Of a DNA stretch of 64,000 nucleotides, positions 9,634 to 19,752 are shown in pieces (the stretch's first letter is position 1; each line of letters begins with the position of its first letter). The translations under genes were made by a program, and so were the position numbers. Location of the stretch: positions 3,875,010-3,939,009 of the forward strand of contig OY969888.1 in NCBI GenBank assembly GCA_963704305.1, written 5' to 3'. The DNA comes from an uncultured Bacteroidota bacterium. GTDB lineage: Bacteria; Bacteroidota; Ignavibacteria; Kryptoniales; JAKASW01. Below the pieces are notes generated by a model. That model was not told the DNA's origin. It did no database searches and saw only the letters and a program-made list of their open reading frames with translations.

Positions 9634-10605
9634 TCAGTTTACCCGCTCGACGACAAATTCTGTCAGACTCAGCAGGGCATCCTTTGCATCAGAGTCAGCA
9701 ATCTCCTCAAGCTCCGTTCTCGCATTCGAAACAAATTCCTCAGCCTTTTCTCTCGCTCTTGCAATTCCTCCGTAGCTCTCGGCAAACTCGATCACCTCTG
9801 CAATCTTCGAGCCGCTCTTTCCATCTTTCAAAAGTCGGAGTACCGATTTCGTCGTACGCTTCGGCGCACTCTCGAAAGCGTAGATCAGCGGCAGAGTAAC
9901 TTTTCTTTCGCGAATGTCGCCGCCAATTGGCTTTCCCAGGATTGCTTTCTTGCCTTCATAATCAAGCACGTCGTCACGAATCTGGAATGCCATCCCGAGG
10001 TGTTCTCCGAAATTCCTGAGATGACACACGATATTCTCGTCCTCGGTCGCACTCGCCGCACCCAGCTGGCAACAAGTGGATATCAACGAAGCTGTCTTGT
10101 CAGAAATTATTTTGAAATAAGTATTCTCGTCCATGTCGAGCGATCTGGATTTCTGAATTTGAAGAAGCTCACCCTCGCTCATCCTCTTCACCGCAACCGA
10201 ACTGATCTTCAGAAATTGAAATTCGTCGTTCAACAGCGAGACAAGGAGCCCGCGTGAAAGGAGATAATCCCCCATGAGCACGGCGACTTTGTTTTTCCAC
10301 GCAGCATTGATCGACGCTATCCCGCGGCGAATATCGGCGTTGTCAACCACGTCATCATGGATCAATGTTGCAGTATGCAGCAACTCCACCAGAGTCGCTG
10401 CTCTGTAAGTGCTCCGGTTAATTCCACCGGTCGCTTTAGCCGAAAGCAAAACGAGAATAGGCCGAATCTTCTTTCCCTTTTGACGAAGGAGATAACGTGC
10501 GATCGTATCCACCAGGCCAACACTGGAGCGAATCGCGGTCTTGAATTCGGTATTGAAGGTTTTTATCTCGTCCTTGATCGGAAGAGTTATGTCACTTAAA
10601 TCCAA
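9634..10605 (-). CDS. polyprenyl diphosphate synthase (octaprenyl/heptaprenyl type)
   Basis: Contains KGKKIRPILVLLSA, a first DDxxD motif (LIHDDVVDNADIRRG) and a second (FQIRDDVLDY). The track ORF extends to 10881 but that part overlaps tatC out of frame. A TTG at 10605 gives (M)DLSDITLPIKDEI, a typical N-terminus. The start is uncertain. Confidence 0.8.
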   Translation of the reverse strand: MDLSDITLPIKDEIKTFNTEFKTAIRSSVGLVDTIARYLLRQKGKKIRPILVLLSAKATGGINRSTYRAATLVELLHTATLIHDDVVDNADIRRGIASINAAWKNKVAVLMGDYLLSRGLLVSLLNDEFQFLKISSVAVKRMSEGELLQIQKSRSLDMDENTYFKIISDKTASLISTCCQLGAASATEDENIVCHLRNFGEHLGMAFQIRDDVLDYEGKKAILGKPIGGDIRERKVTLPLIYAFESAPKRTTKSVLRLLKDGKSGSKIAEVIEFAESYGGIARAREKAEEFVSNARTELEEIADSDAKDALLSLTEFVVERVN

Positions 10606-10622
10606 GAAACACCTGTAAACAT

Positions 10623-11405
10623 TTATGCAGCTGCTTCCTCCGTCTTGCGTTTGCTGGCGCGCGTAAACTGAACGACGAATATTGAGACCTCGTACAAAAG
10701 GTAAAGTGGAATTGCCACCATCACCTGGCTGGCAACATCTGGTCCGGGAGTTATCAAAGCGGCAACTAACAATATTAATATCACCGCATGCCGCCGATAC
10801 TTCCGCAGGAACTGAGGTTTGAGTATGCCAATCTTGGCAAGGAAATATGACAGCATCGGAAGCTCGAAAACTATAGCACAAGCTAAGATCATCCCGGTAA
10901 CGAAGGCAAAATAGGATTGAAGGTCGATAATATTTTCAATGTACGCGGAACCAAAGGCTGCAAAGAAACCGAGCGACCTGGGGATTAAGATGTAATAACC
11001 GAATGCTCCGCCGAAAAGAAAAAAGAGGGTCGTGAAAAAAACGATTGAGCTGATGTACTTACGCTCTTTAGGATACAATGCCGGTTCCACAAACTTCCAG
11101 AACTGGTATAGAGTGTTCGGAAGACTCAATATCAGGCCTGCAATGAAAACGATTTCCATATAGAACATCAGCTGGCCGTAGGGCTTGAGGTTCTGGATCT
11201 TCAACGGAGGGTTGCTATGGATTGCCGGGGCGAGAAGAAATTTATTCACAATGAAATCGGCAAAAAAGGCACAAGCTGCGGTTGCGATCGCGATCCCGAT
11301 AAGGGACCAGATGAGACGCATCCGCAACTCTTCGAGGTGATCCCAAAACGACATCTCCCTCTGGTCACCTTCCGGAAGCGCTGCATCACTAACACGTTCA
11401 CTCAT
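10623..11405 (-). CDS. tatC: twin-arginine translocase subunit TatC
   Basis: 260 aa with six hydrophobic segments and an N-terminal MSFWDHLEELRMRLIWSL motif typical of TatC. Confidence 0.9.
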   Translation of the reverse strand: MSERVSDAALPEGDQREMSFWDHLEELRMRLIWSLIGIAIATAACAFFADFIVNKFLLAPAIHSNPPLKIQNLKPYGQLMFYMEIVFIAGLILSLPNTLYQFWKFVEPALYPKERKYISSIVFFTTLFFLFGGAFGYYILIPRSLGFFAAFGSAYIENIIDLQSYFAFVTGMILACAIVFELPMLSYFLAKIGILKPQFLRKYRRHAVILILLVAALITPGPDVASQVMVAIPLYLLYEVSIFVVQFTRASKRKTEEAAA

Positions 11406-12727
11406 CAGCCAACAGCTGAATATCCCTTCGCAAAATCATACAAAGGAAACTTGCTACACAAATCGAGCACACCTTCTCGCACCTCTTCATAGACTTTTTC
11501 GTTTCCAACGTTCGTCACGGCGCGATCGATGAATTCTGCAATAACTACCATCTCACTTTCTTTGAAGCCACGCGTCGTAACCGCCGGGGTCCCAATCCTG
11601 ATTCCGCTTGTAATGAGCGGCGACTTGTCATCAAAAGGAACCATGTTCTTGTTCACCGTGATACCGCTGCGTTCGAGAGCTTTCTCGGCATCTTTTCCCG
11701 TCACATTCTTGTTCCTCAAATCGACGAGCATCAGATGGTTATCGGTCCCACCTGAAACAAGCTGGTATCCTCTCTTCGTCAACTCGGCAGCCAGCTTCTT
11801 TGCATTCTCGACAATTTGTCTTGTGTAAATCGTAAACGAAGGATCCAGAGCTTCGCCGAACGCAACTGCCTTGGCAGCGATGACATGCATCAGCGGACCG
11901 CCTTGAATGCCGGGCATGACGTTCGAATCGACTATTTCCGACATCATTTTTGTTCTTCCTGACTTCGCGGCAGTCTGTCCGAAGGGATTTTCATAATCCT
12001 TGCCGATTAAGATTAAACCTCCACGAGGTCCACGAAGTGTCTTGTGTGTGGTCGAAGTGACGATGTGGGAGTAAGGCAGAGGATCATTCAAAAGTTTTGT
12101 CGCGATCAAGCCGGCAGGATGTGCAATGTCGGCCATCAGGAACGATCCGACTTTATCGGCAATCTGTCTGAAGGACCTAAAATCAATATCGCGAGGATAT
12201 GCGCTCGCGCCAACGACAATCATTTTTGGTCTGTGCTGCACCGCAAGCTGTTCAACTTCATTCATGTCGATTCTGCCGGAATCTCTCGTTACTCCGTAGG
12301 GGATCACATTGAAAAGTCTGCCACTGAAGTTCACAGGCGATCCATGAGTCAGGTGTCCGCCATGAGATAGGTTCATTCCGAGAATCGTATCTCCGGGCTT
12401 GATGAACGAGAAATATGCAGCCATGTTTGCCTGACTGCCAGCGTGCGGTTGAACATTGGCATACTCGGCGCCAAATAATTTCTTCACTCTGTCCCGTGCG
12501 ACATTTTCTGCAACGTCAACGTATTCGCAGCCGCCGTAATATCTTTTTCCCGGATATCCTTCCGCGTATTTGTTAGTGAGTACTGTACCCAAGGCAGCGA
12601 TCACCGCCTTGCTCACAAAATTCTCGGACGCTATGAGTTCTATCGTGTTGTTTTGCCGACGGACTTCATCAGAGACGGCTTGGAAAACCTCGTTGTCAGT
12701 CTCTTTGAGAATCTCTAAAAAATCCAT
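11405..12727 (-). CDS. glyA: serine hydroxymethyltransferase
   Basis: Contains [28 protein letters not shown] and the PLP-lysine region [14 protein letters not shown]. Confidence 0.95.
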   Translation of the reverse strand: MDFLEILKETDNEVFQAVSDEVRRQNNTIELIASENFVSKAVIAALGTVLTNKYAEGYPGKRYYGGCEYVDVAENVARDRVKKLFGAEYANVQPHAGSQANMAAYFSFIKPGDTILGMNLSHGGHLTHGSPVNFSGRLFNVIPYGVTRDSGRIDMNEVEQLAVQHRPKMIVVGASAYPRDIDFRSFRQIADKVGSFLMADIAHPAGLIATKLLNDPLPYSHIVTSTTHKTLRGPRGGLILIGKDYENPFGQTAAKSGRTKMMSEIVDSNVMPGIQGGPLMHVIAAKAVAFGEALDPSFTIYTRQIVENAKKLAAELTKRGYQLVSGGTDNHLMLVDLRNKNVTGKDAEKALERSGITVNKNMVPFDDKSPLITSGIRIGTPAVTTRGFKESEMVVIAEFIDRAVTNVGNEKVYEEVREGVLDLCSKFPLYDFAKGYSAVG

Positions 12728-12892
12728 ACTACATACCTCTCAAGTTGACATTGAATCGACGTTCGCTGTGTCTGCCCATGTTCTATTATTATCTCTGTAT
12801 CCTAATTAATGATATTGTGTCGAAAGACAAATAGGAACTAGCTCTACTTCTCAAACGTGTATTCCGCTTCGCTAGCGATGGGCTCCGTCACT

Positions 12893-14185
12893 TCAATCTC
12901 CCACGGCTCGAACGAACCAACCTTCTCCCATCGTGATTGAAACGTACAACCTGAAGATTCGTTCATGCAGCAGGAAATCACTTGACAAACCGCGAATCCC
13001 ATATTGCGCCGAGATGTCAACGGTAGCTGAATAACTTACTGGGAATTCGATACCAGCGGTTACAAACGCCTCATCAAGCTGTTTTTCTTGACCGGATTTC
13101 GTTTGCACGGGAAACTCTGTCTTCTGATAATAAAACCCCGCACGCAAGATCCTTTTTTCAAACAGCGATGTGAAACTTCTGCCTTCAAGAGATTCGACAC
13201 CTGCGCCAATGAAGAGTGCATCTCTCAGAGAACCTGGCGCGGTAAAAGTGTCCTGGTATTTTGAGAAAGCCTCGTATCTCACGTCCAGCATCGCGATCAA
13301 ATTATCGTTGAAGCTTTTCGCTATTCCAATGCCATACTCTTGTGGAATAAGACCCGTCGCAGATTGTGAAAATGGAGAGTAAAGAGAATCCTCATAAAGA
13401 TTATCAAGCTCGGAGTTACCCTTTAGATGGTACGGCGTTCTGTAATAACCAGCGAAAGCGAAACCCTTCAAGAAATCTGCCTTTATGAACTTGTCGAGAC
13501 TGTCGAGCACAAACCCAAACGTTCCGCTCGAACCATGCATGTAGGTGCTGTTGTCTGAGTACGTGCTTGTGTAAGCCGTGTTATTGAAGTTTATCGTCCC
13601 TACTGATTCCAACCTGCCGAACGCATACTGGAACATTGCTCCGAGACTCAAACAGGAAACTGGGGAGAAACTCACTCCGACAAATCCTTCACCAAGACCA
13701 CCTGAACCTTTATTCAGATACCTTGCGCCTATAACATTGGTATCGATTGTCTGGTATCCGGCGTGCAAGGTGCTGGAGTCGATCAGTGTGCTGATTTCAT
13801 ATTCGTGAGAAGTCAGGGGAGCGAATCCCCCGGCGATTGAAAGGCCTAGGCTTCTATCCAGCGGAAGTGCGAACATCGCTCCTCCAAAAATTCCGTTTGC
13901 GTAGTAGGAAGACTGGATGCTCGTGTCGCGCGAACTTGTTCCCGAAAAATTATAGGTTGCGGTGAATTGTGCGTTCTGTAAACCGGTCCATGTTGCAGGA
14001 TTTATCGTGCTGAGGTAGCCGTTACCGATCAGCGCCAAACCTGCATTTCCCATTCCGCCTGACGAGCTGTTTGTGAGACCCGTGAACGCTCCAGCTCCTT
14101 TTGCAGAAAGCGGTGTTCCATCCTGTGCAAGACTCACACTCGTCAAGCCGAATAGAATTATACAAAATAAAACGGTGTTCTTCAT
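12893..14185 (-). CDS. putative outer-membrane beta-barrel protein, unknown family
   Basis: Signal peptide MKNTVLFCIILFGLTSVSLAQ. Rich in Gly, Ser, Tyr and aromatic alternation. ATGA overlap with the upstream lipoprotein gene. Confidence 0.45.
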   Translation of the reverse strand: MKNTVLFCIILFGLTSVSLAQDGTPLSAKGAGAFTGLTNSSSGGMGNAGLALIGNGYLSTINPATWTGLQNAQFTATYNFSGTSSRDTSIQSSYYANGIFGGAMFALPLDRSLGLSIAGGFAPLTSHEYEISTLIDSSTLHAGYQTIDTNVIGARYLNKGSGGLGEGFVGVSFSPVSCLSLGAMFQYAFGRLESVGTINFNNTAYTSTYSDNSTYMHGSSGTFGFVLDSLDKFIKADFLKGFAFAGYYRTPYHLKGNSELDNLYEDSLYSPFSQSATGLIPQEYGIGIAKSFNDNLIAMLDVRYEAFSKYQDTFTAPGSLRDALFIGAGVESLEGRSFTSLFEKRILRAGFYYQKTEFPVQTKSGQEKQLDEAFVTAGIEFPVSYSATVDISAQYGIRGLSSDFLLHERIFRLYVSITMGEGWFVRAVGD

Positions 14186-15357
14186 TTTCTCACCACAGGC
14201 GCATAGGTGATTGTCAGCCTCGGCCTCAACGAGTCCGCCGCACTTTCATTGTAGATGAACGACGTGCCAACATTGCTCGATTCATCATATCGCGTAATCA
14301 GGAAACCGTAGTTACCTCTGTTGAGCATTTGCTGAATAGCGATAGTAACATTGAAGGTGTACGCATTACCGACCTGAACACTTGTCATCGGATTTCCCGT
14401 ATACACACCATGTGTGGATGGATCGGACATGTAGTAAGCGAGCAAAGAATCGGGAGTATTACCCAGGTATTGTGCGTTCGACGTGTCGACGAAGAGTCTA
14501 AGCTGGGCAAAATTCACAACGGAATAATTCGGAATCCCAGTCAAATCAAAGAGCAGACTTTCTCTAAGCCCTGTTCCACTTTGCACAAACCTGTACTTTC
14601 CCTGCGGAGCGACAGTTGTGACTGTCGTGTGCGCCACGGAGGTTGAATAGCTTGATGAGGTGATCACAGTGTCCTGGACACCGTTGATATTATAAACGAT
14701 CTGCAAAACCGGTTCGTAGCCTGTTCCCGCCAGACTGGAATACACCGACAGGACACCGCTGACATTTTGAGCCTTGAGGATTAGACCATAGTTTCTCTTG
14801 TTCGTGTCAACAACGGCGTCAGCCCACTGCTGCACGAGATTGGTAGATATTCCAATAGTAATGAAGGTATCCTGAATTGCCTGTGACAGGATTACATTCT
14901 CTGTTTCGTGACCTCTTAGGGCAATACTATCCCATGTGGCCGTGGAATAATCCCAAGATGTGTCCATAGCATATCCGGCAAACTGCAAATTCTCAACGTT
15001 GTGTCCGTTCGGCTGGACAACAAAAGGAGCACGCTCAAGGAATATTGTGGCTGACTGAATATAGTTTGTATCCTGGTAGACAGTGTCCGGGATCCCGTAA
15101 AACTCAAGAAGCAGGTCGGCCTCAGTCCATGGTGCATTTCCGAAGGGAAGAACTGGGCCTGATCCGTTAGCAAGTCCGAAATTGATCTGAGAGCTCGTTA
15201 TCTTAACCGGATCCTTAATGGAATTGAAATACCGTGGAACAAGTGTACTGTCGTATGTGACAAGCCAGGAGCCAGTTTGACTTATCTTGTTCGTACACCC
15301 CACCAGTGCATAGGCGAAAGAGCCTATGAGAAAAGCAATCTTAAGTGTTTTCTTCAA
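14182..15357 (-). CDS. putative surface lipoprotein with two-fold internal repeat
   Basis: The longest ORF reaches 15405. A TTG at 15357 gives MKKTLKIAFLIGSFAYALVGC, a clean lipoprotein signal with lipobox Cys. Two half-repeats end in KRNYGLILKA and RGNYGFLITR. Confidence 0.5.
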   Translation of the reverse strand: MKKTLKIAFLIGSFAYALVGCTNKISQTGSWLVTYDSTLVPRYFNSIKDPVKITSSQINFGLANGSGPVLPFGNAPWTEADLLLEFYGIPDTVYQDTNYIQSATIFLERAPFVVQPNGHNVENLQFAGYAMDTSWDYSTATWDSIALRGHETENVILSQAIQDTFITIGISTNLVQQWADAVVDTNKRNYGLILKAQNVSGVLSVYSSLAGTGYEPVLQIVYNINGVQDTVITSSSYSTSVAHTTVTTVAPQGKYRFVQSGTGLRESLLFDLTGIPNYSVVNFAQLRLFVDTSNAQYLGNTPDSLLAYYMSDPSTHGVYTGNPMTSVQVGNAYTFNVTIAIQQMLNRGNYGFLITRYDESSNVGTSFIYNESAADSLRPRLTITYAPVVRK

Positions 15358-15913
15358 CTTTCTTCTTGACAAAATTAGCGATGGAATCGTAAAGGTTCTT
15401 AGCAAGATAATCTATTTTGATCCTGTCGTCAATGCACCGCTGATAGTCGAGTACGCCATAGCCCGTGAGAACGAGCGACGTGAACGCTCCGGCGTTTTCG
15501 CCGCATTTCACATCGCTCCATTTATCCCCGATCACAAAAGAAGACTCGAGATCGATATCAAACTCGTCTTTCGCGCGGAGCAGCATTCCTATGTCGGGTT
15601 TCCTGCACGTACAGTGTACCGGTCCACTATACGCAGGATGATGCGGACAATAGTAAATTGCATCCACCGTCGCTCCGCGCTCCCTGAGCATCTCAACTAG
15701 CCGGGCATTTACTTCATCCACCTGTTTCGTCGTCATAATTCCCTGGGCGACCCCGGATTGATTAGAGATCACAATCACTTTTAGCCCGAGCTCGTTTGCC
15801 AGGGCGATCGCCTCCGGTGAATCGAGTATAAACTCAAGCCTGTCAGGATCGGTGAGGTAATCTTTGTCGATGTTGATTGTCCCGTCACGATCGACGAAAA
15901 TCGCCCGCGTCAC
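15341..15913 (-). CDS. gmhB: D-glycero-D-manno-heptose 1,7-bisphosphate phosphatase
   Basis: HAD motif FVDRDGTIN, Zn-site pattern YCPHHP...CTCRKP, and GDKWSD. Confidence 0.85.
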   Translation of the reverse strand: MTRAIFVDRDGTINIDKDYLTDPDRLEFILDSPEAIALANELGLKVIVISNQSGVAQGIMTTKQVDEVNARLVEMLRERGATVDAIYYCPHHPAYSGPVHCTCRKPDIGMLLRAKDEFDIDLESSFVIGDKWSDVKCGENAGAFTSLVLTGYGVLDYQRCIDDRIKIDYLAKNLYDSIANFVKKKVEENT

Positions 15914-17394
15914 TTCTCGAGGATTTTCGCGTAAAGCTCGGTATACTGACGGGCTGAATTCGCCCAGGAGAAATCTTCCCCCATCGCGTTGCGCATAAGC
16001 TTCTGCCAGTTTTTCTGGTCTTCAAACACCGTCACGGCTCTGGCAATCGCCTTCAGCAATTCGCTGGATTTGTACTCCTCGAAGAAGAAACCCGTGCCGG
16101 TCCCCTTCAGTGTGTTGGCTTCTTTGACGGTATCCGCAAGACCACCCGTTTTCCTGACAATAGGAATGGTGCCGTACTTCAAACTATATAACTGGTTCAA
16201 TCCGCAAGGCTCATACTTGCTTGGCATCAGGAACATGTCGGATGCGCCTTCGATCAGGTGAGAAAGCTCGTCGTCGTAACTGAGCTCGAGGGCAAACTTC
16301 CCGGAATGTTTTTTCGCTAATGCCGACAGCTTTGTGTGGTAGTCTTTCTCACCCGTACCCAATAGAATAAACTGCACGTTCATCTTCATAAGTTCGGGCA
16401 ACGCATCGATTAACAGATCCACCCCTTTTTGTTCGACCAATCGCGTTATCATCCCGATAAGCGGGACTCGAGGCTCGAACTTCATATTGAATCTCTTCAG
16501 GAGGTACTTTTTATTCTCAACCTTCGCATCGAGGGTTTTCACACTGTACTTGAACGGAATGTACTGGTCGGTGTCCGGATTCCAAATTGAATAATCTATT
16601 CCGTTCACTATTCCCGTGAAAAATTTTTTCCTTTTCTTGAGAATACCTTCCATCCCGCAACCGTACTCAGGGCTGCTGGTGATCTCCTCAGCGTACGTCT
16701 CGCTGACCGTAGTTATGAAATCCGAGTAAACAATCCCGGTCTTCAGAAAACTGAACTTTCCGTAGAACTCGGCACCCTCGGTTGTAAACACGTCGGCAGG
16801 CAAACCTAATTTCTGGAATGTCTCCTTCGGAAAATTTCCCTGATATGAAACGTTGTGGATCGTGAACACAGTCTTAATCTTCTTGAAAAACGGATCGCGG
16901 CTGTAAATCTTCTTGAGATATACAGGTACAAGTCCGCTCTGCCAGTCATTGCAGTGAATAATGTGCGGCGCCCATCCGAGCCTCTTCAATATTTCAAAGA
17001 TCCCCCGTGAATAGAAAATAAATCGCTCATCGTTATCCGCATAATCCTTCTTTGATCTCGGATCCTGATAAATTCCCGGCCTTCCGAAGAACTCGGAACT
17101 GTCTATGAAATAAATCTGGACTTTTGTGCGCTCGCCAATAAGGAACGACGACTTCACATTCAGCTTTGCAATCTTTTTCCCGATCGGTATCTCGATATCT
17201 TTGAGCCTGATAATTTCATGAATCCGAAATTTCCTCTCGTTCACGAAGCCATATCGAGGTATCGCAAGCCTGACATCGTTCCCAACTTCTTTTAGCGCCT
17301 GCGGAAGTGCACTCGCAACATCCGCGAGTCCGCCGGTTTTTGCAAAAGGAAATACTTCGGAGGAGAGGAATAAAACATTGAAGGGCTGAGTCAT
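15910..17394 (-). CDS. glgA: glycogen (starch) synthase
   Basis: N-terminal SSEVFPFAKTGGLADV, plus the GT5/GT1 C-terminal region PSKYEPCGLNQLYSLKYGTIPIVRKTGGLADTV. Confidence 0.9.
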   Translation of the reverse strand: MTQPFNVLFLSSEVFPFAKTGGLADVASALPQALKEVGNDVRLAIPRYGFVNERKFRIHEIIRLKDIEIPIGKKIAKLNVKSSFLIGERTKVQIYFIDSSEFFGRPGIYQDPRSKKDYADNDERFIFYSRGIFEILKRLGWAPHIIHCNDWQSGLVPVYLKKIYSRDPFFKKIKTVFTIHNVSYQGNFPKETFQKLGLPADVFTTEGAEFYGKFSFLKTGIVYSDFITTVSETYAEEITSSPEYGCGMEGILKKRKKFFTGIVNGIDYSIWNPDTDQYIPFKYSVKTLDAKVENKKYLLKRFNMKFEPRVPLIGMITRLVEQKGVDLLIDALPELMKMNVQFILLGTGEKDYHTKLSALAKKHSGKFALELSYDDELSHLIEGASDMFLMPSKYEPCGLNQLYSLKYGTIPIVRKTGGLADTVKEANTLKGTGTGFFFEEYKSSELLKAIARAVTVFEDQKNWQKLMRNAMGEDFSWANSARQYTELYAKILEK

Positions 17395-17515
17395 TTCATA
17401 CCATGATTTGTTTATCTAAATTACCAAAAAATGGGGTCATAATCAATCGTGAAACTTCCACTGGATGTACCACCTTAGCTTGTTTCACTAACTCACGTGA
17501 AATATATTCAGTGAA

Positions 17516-18913
17516 ATGCAACTTCGTTTCATAGGTGCCGCGCGGACAGTCACCGGCTCAATGCATCTTCTGGAAATAAACGAGAAGAAAATTCTTCTCG
17601 AGTGCGGATTCTATCAGGGCAAAAGGTCAGAGAGCATAAGGATAAACAAGAATTTCGATTTCTTTCATCCCGCCCAGATCGACGCGCTCATCCTTTCCCA
17701 CGCGCATATCGATCATAGCGGCAATCTCCCGAACATTGTGAAACAAGGATACACCGGGCCGATCTACGCGACTCCAGCAACTCGCGACCTCGCTGGAATC
17801 ATGCTGGCCGACAGCGCGAAAATTCAGGAGCAGGATGCGGAGTTCCTAAACAGGAAGCTCGCTAAGAGAGGCGAGCCCCCGGTTCAACCCATCTACAATA
17901 CCGAGGACGCGTTGTCCGTAATGCCGCTGTTCGTCTCGATATCATACCACGGGGAAACTGAAGTGACGGATGGAGTCAGACTTACTTTTCTCGACGCCGG
18001 ACATATACTCGGCAGCGCACTCGTTCAATTGCGGATAGATGATGATGGTAAAGAAAAAATGATGCTCTTTACCGGGGACCTCGGACGAAAAGGACTGCCC
18101 ATTCTGAGAGATCCGGAAGTCGTCCATGATGCAGATTTTCTGATGATGGAAAGTACTTATGGCGGAAAACTCCACGATCCGATCGAGGGTATGGAAAGCA
18201 TGCTTGCTGATGTGATCCTGAGGACGATCAAACGTGGCGGCAAGGTAATCATTCCTGCCTTCAGCATCGAACGAACTCAGGAGATCGCCTACACGCTCCA
18301 TCGCCTGTTCGACAGCAAGAAACTTCCCCGGATCCCTGTTTTTGTGGACAGTCCGCTCTCAGTCAGTGCCACTGAGATTTTCCGACTCCATCCGGAGTGT
18401 TTTAATCTAAACGTCTTCAAAATGGTTCTGGATCACGACGACCCGTTCGGATTTGAATACATCAACTACATTCAATCCGTCGAAGATTCAAAAAGACTCA
18501 ATGAGATCCACGATCCGATCGTAATCATCTCAGCCTCGGGAATGTGCGAGAGCGGCCGGATACTTCACCATCTCGCCAACAATGTTAGCAATCCAAACAA
18601 CACAATTCTGATCGTGGGTTACCAGGCGCCCGATACTCTGGGAAGGCGAATTTCCGAGCATCAACCGGATCTCAGGATATTTGGCGATGAATACCAGTTG
18701 AAAGCCGAAGTCGTCGAAATGCATTCTTTTTCTGCACACGCGGACCATAATGATCTCATGAGCTTCGTAAATGGATTTGACAAGAAAAGACTGCAGGATA
18801 TCTTCTTGGTACACGGCGAGCCGGAGGAACAACAGGCGCTATTGCAGTCTATGAACCAATCCGGATACAAGAATATCTTTGCTCCAAAGAAAGGAGATGC
18901 GTTTGTAATTTGA
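17516..18913 (+). CDS. MBL-fold metallo-hydrolase, beta-CASP RNA-metabolising family
   Basis: HAHIDHSG motif, beta-CASP-like middle region, and C-terminal SAHADHNDL. Confidence 0.85.
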   Translation: MQLRFIGAARTVTGSMHLLEINEKKILLECGFYQGKRSESIRINKNFDFFHPAQIDALILSHAHIDHSGNLPNIVKQGYTGPIYATPATRDLAGIMLADSAKIQEQDAEFLNRKLAKRGEPPVQPIYNTEDALSVMPLFVSISYHGETEVTDGVRLTFLDAGHILGSALVQLRIDDDGKEKMMLFTGDLGRKGLPILRDPEVVHDADFLMMESTYGGKLHDPIEGMESMLADVILRTIKRGGKVIIPAFSIERTQEIAYTLHRLFDSKKLPRIPVFVDSPLSVSATEIFRLHPECFNLNVFKMVLDHDDPFGFEYINYIQSVEDSKRLNEIHDPIVIISASGMCESGRILHHLANNVSNPNNTILIVGYQAPDTLGRRISEHQPDLRIFGDEYQLKAEVVEMHSFSAHADHNDLMSFVNGFDKKRLQDIFLVHGEPEEQQALLQSMNQSGYKNIFAPKKGDAFVI

Positions 18914-19752
18914 AAAGGGTGTTAATCACCGGCGGAGCCGGGCTAGTAGGGAAATACATAGTAAAGGACCTCGCATCGCAATACGAAGTGGTCGTGGCGG
19001 ACAAAATCAAGCCCGACTTTGACATAAGTTTTCATCAGGTCGACGTTACGAACATCGAATCGCTGAAGACTATCAGCAAAAACTTCGATGTAATACTTCA
19101 TCTCGCTGGCATACCTCATCCGCTGAACGATCCTCCAGAGAGAGTTTTCTACGTAAACACTTTCGGCACTTACAACGTGATGCAGTTTGCGGCTGAGAAT
19201 GGTGTAAAGAAAGTACTTCTGGCGTCGAGCGAATCAACACTTGGTTTCGCGTTTGCAAAACGCCCGAGTGCACCTTTTTACTTCCCGATCGACGAGCAAC
19301 ATCCGCTCGCACCTCAGGAAAGCTACGGGCTGAGCAAATTGTGCGCGGAAGAAATCATGAAAAGTTTTTCTCGTGGGAATGGAATTCAGACGGTTGCGCT
19401 GCGCTTCCCGTGGATTTGGGTCGATGAGACCAAAGAAGTGGAAATGTACCGAAAGCTCGTGTCAGAATACAAGAACTGGTACAAGAATCTATGGGCCTGG
19501 GTAAGCGTACATGATGTCGCCCAAGCTTTCAGTAAGGCAATCGAATATGAGAACGAAGTATTCGATAGATTCTTCATTACAGCTGATGAAAACTGGACAG
19601 GACTCTCGTCGAGGAACTTGATCAAGGAGTTCTACAAGAGCACGCAAATAGTCCATCCAATCGAGGGTGCGGAAAGTCTGATCACGAGCAATCTTGCGAA
19701 GGTGGTCCTGAAGTACTCGCCCACGCAAAGAGTCTCTGACGTCCTCGGGTGA
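18910..19752 (+). CDS. NAD-dependent epimerase/dehydratase family protein
   Basis: Rossmann motif ITGGAGLVG and the SDR catalytic YxxxK (YGLSK). Its TTG start overlaps the upstream stop. Confidence 0.8.
   Translation: MKRVLITGGAGLVGKYIVKDLASQYEVVVADKIKPDFDISFHQVDVTNIESLKTISKNFDVILHLAGIPHPLNDPPERVFYVNTFGTYNVMQFAAENGVKKVLLASSESTLGFAFAKRPSAPFYFPIDEQHPLAPQESYGLSKLCAEEIMKSFSRGNGIQTVALRFPWIWVDETKEVEMYRKLVSEYKNWYKNLWAWVSVHDVAQAFSKAIEYENEVFDRFFITADENWTGLSSRNLIKEFYKSTQIVHPIEGAESLITSNLAKVVLKYSPTQRVSDVLG

Noticed and set aside
9586-10257. 223-aa plus-strand ORF
   Set aside because: It is antisense to the polyprenyl synthase gene and has no recognisable motif.
10606-10881. N-terminal extension of the polyprenyl synthase ORF (track ORF 9634-10881)
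   Set aside because: It overlaps tatC by ~260 nt in another frame, and its translation (MCYSFRASDAVIFPC...) is unlike the family. Homology starts near the TTG at 10605.
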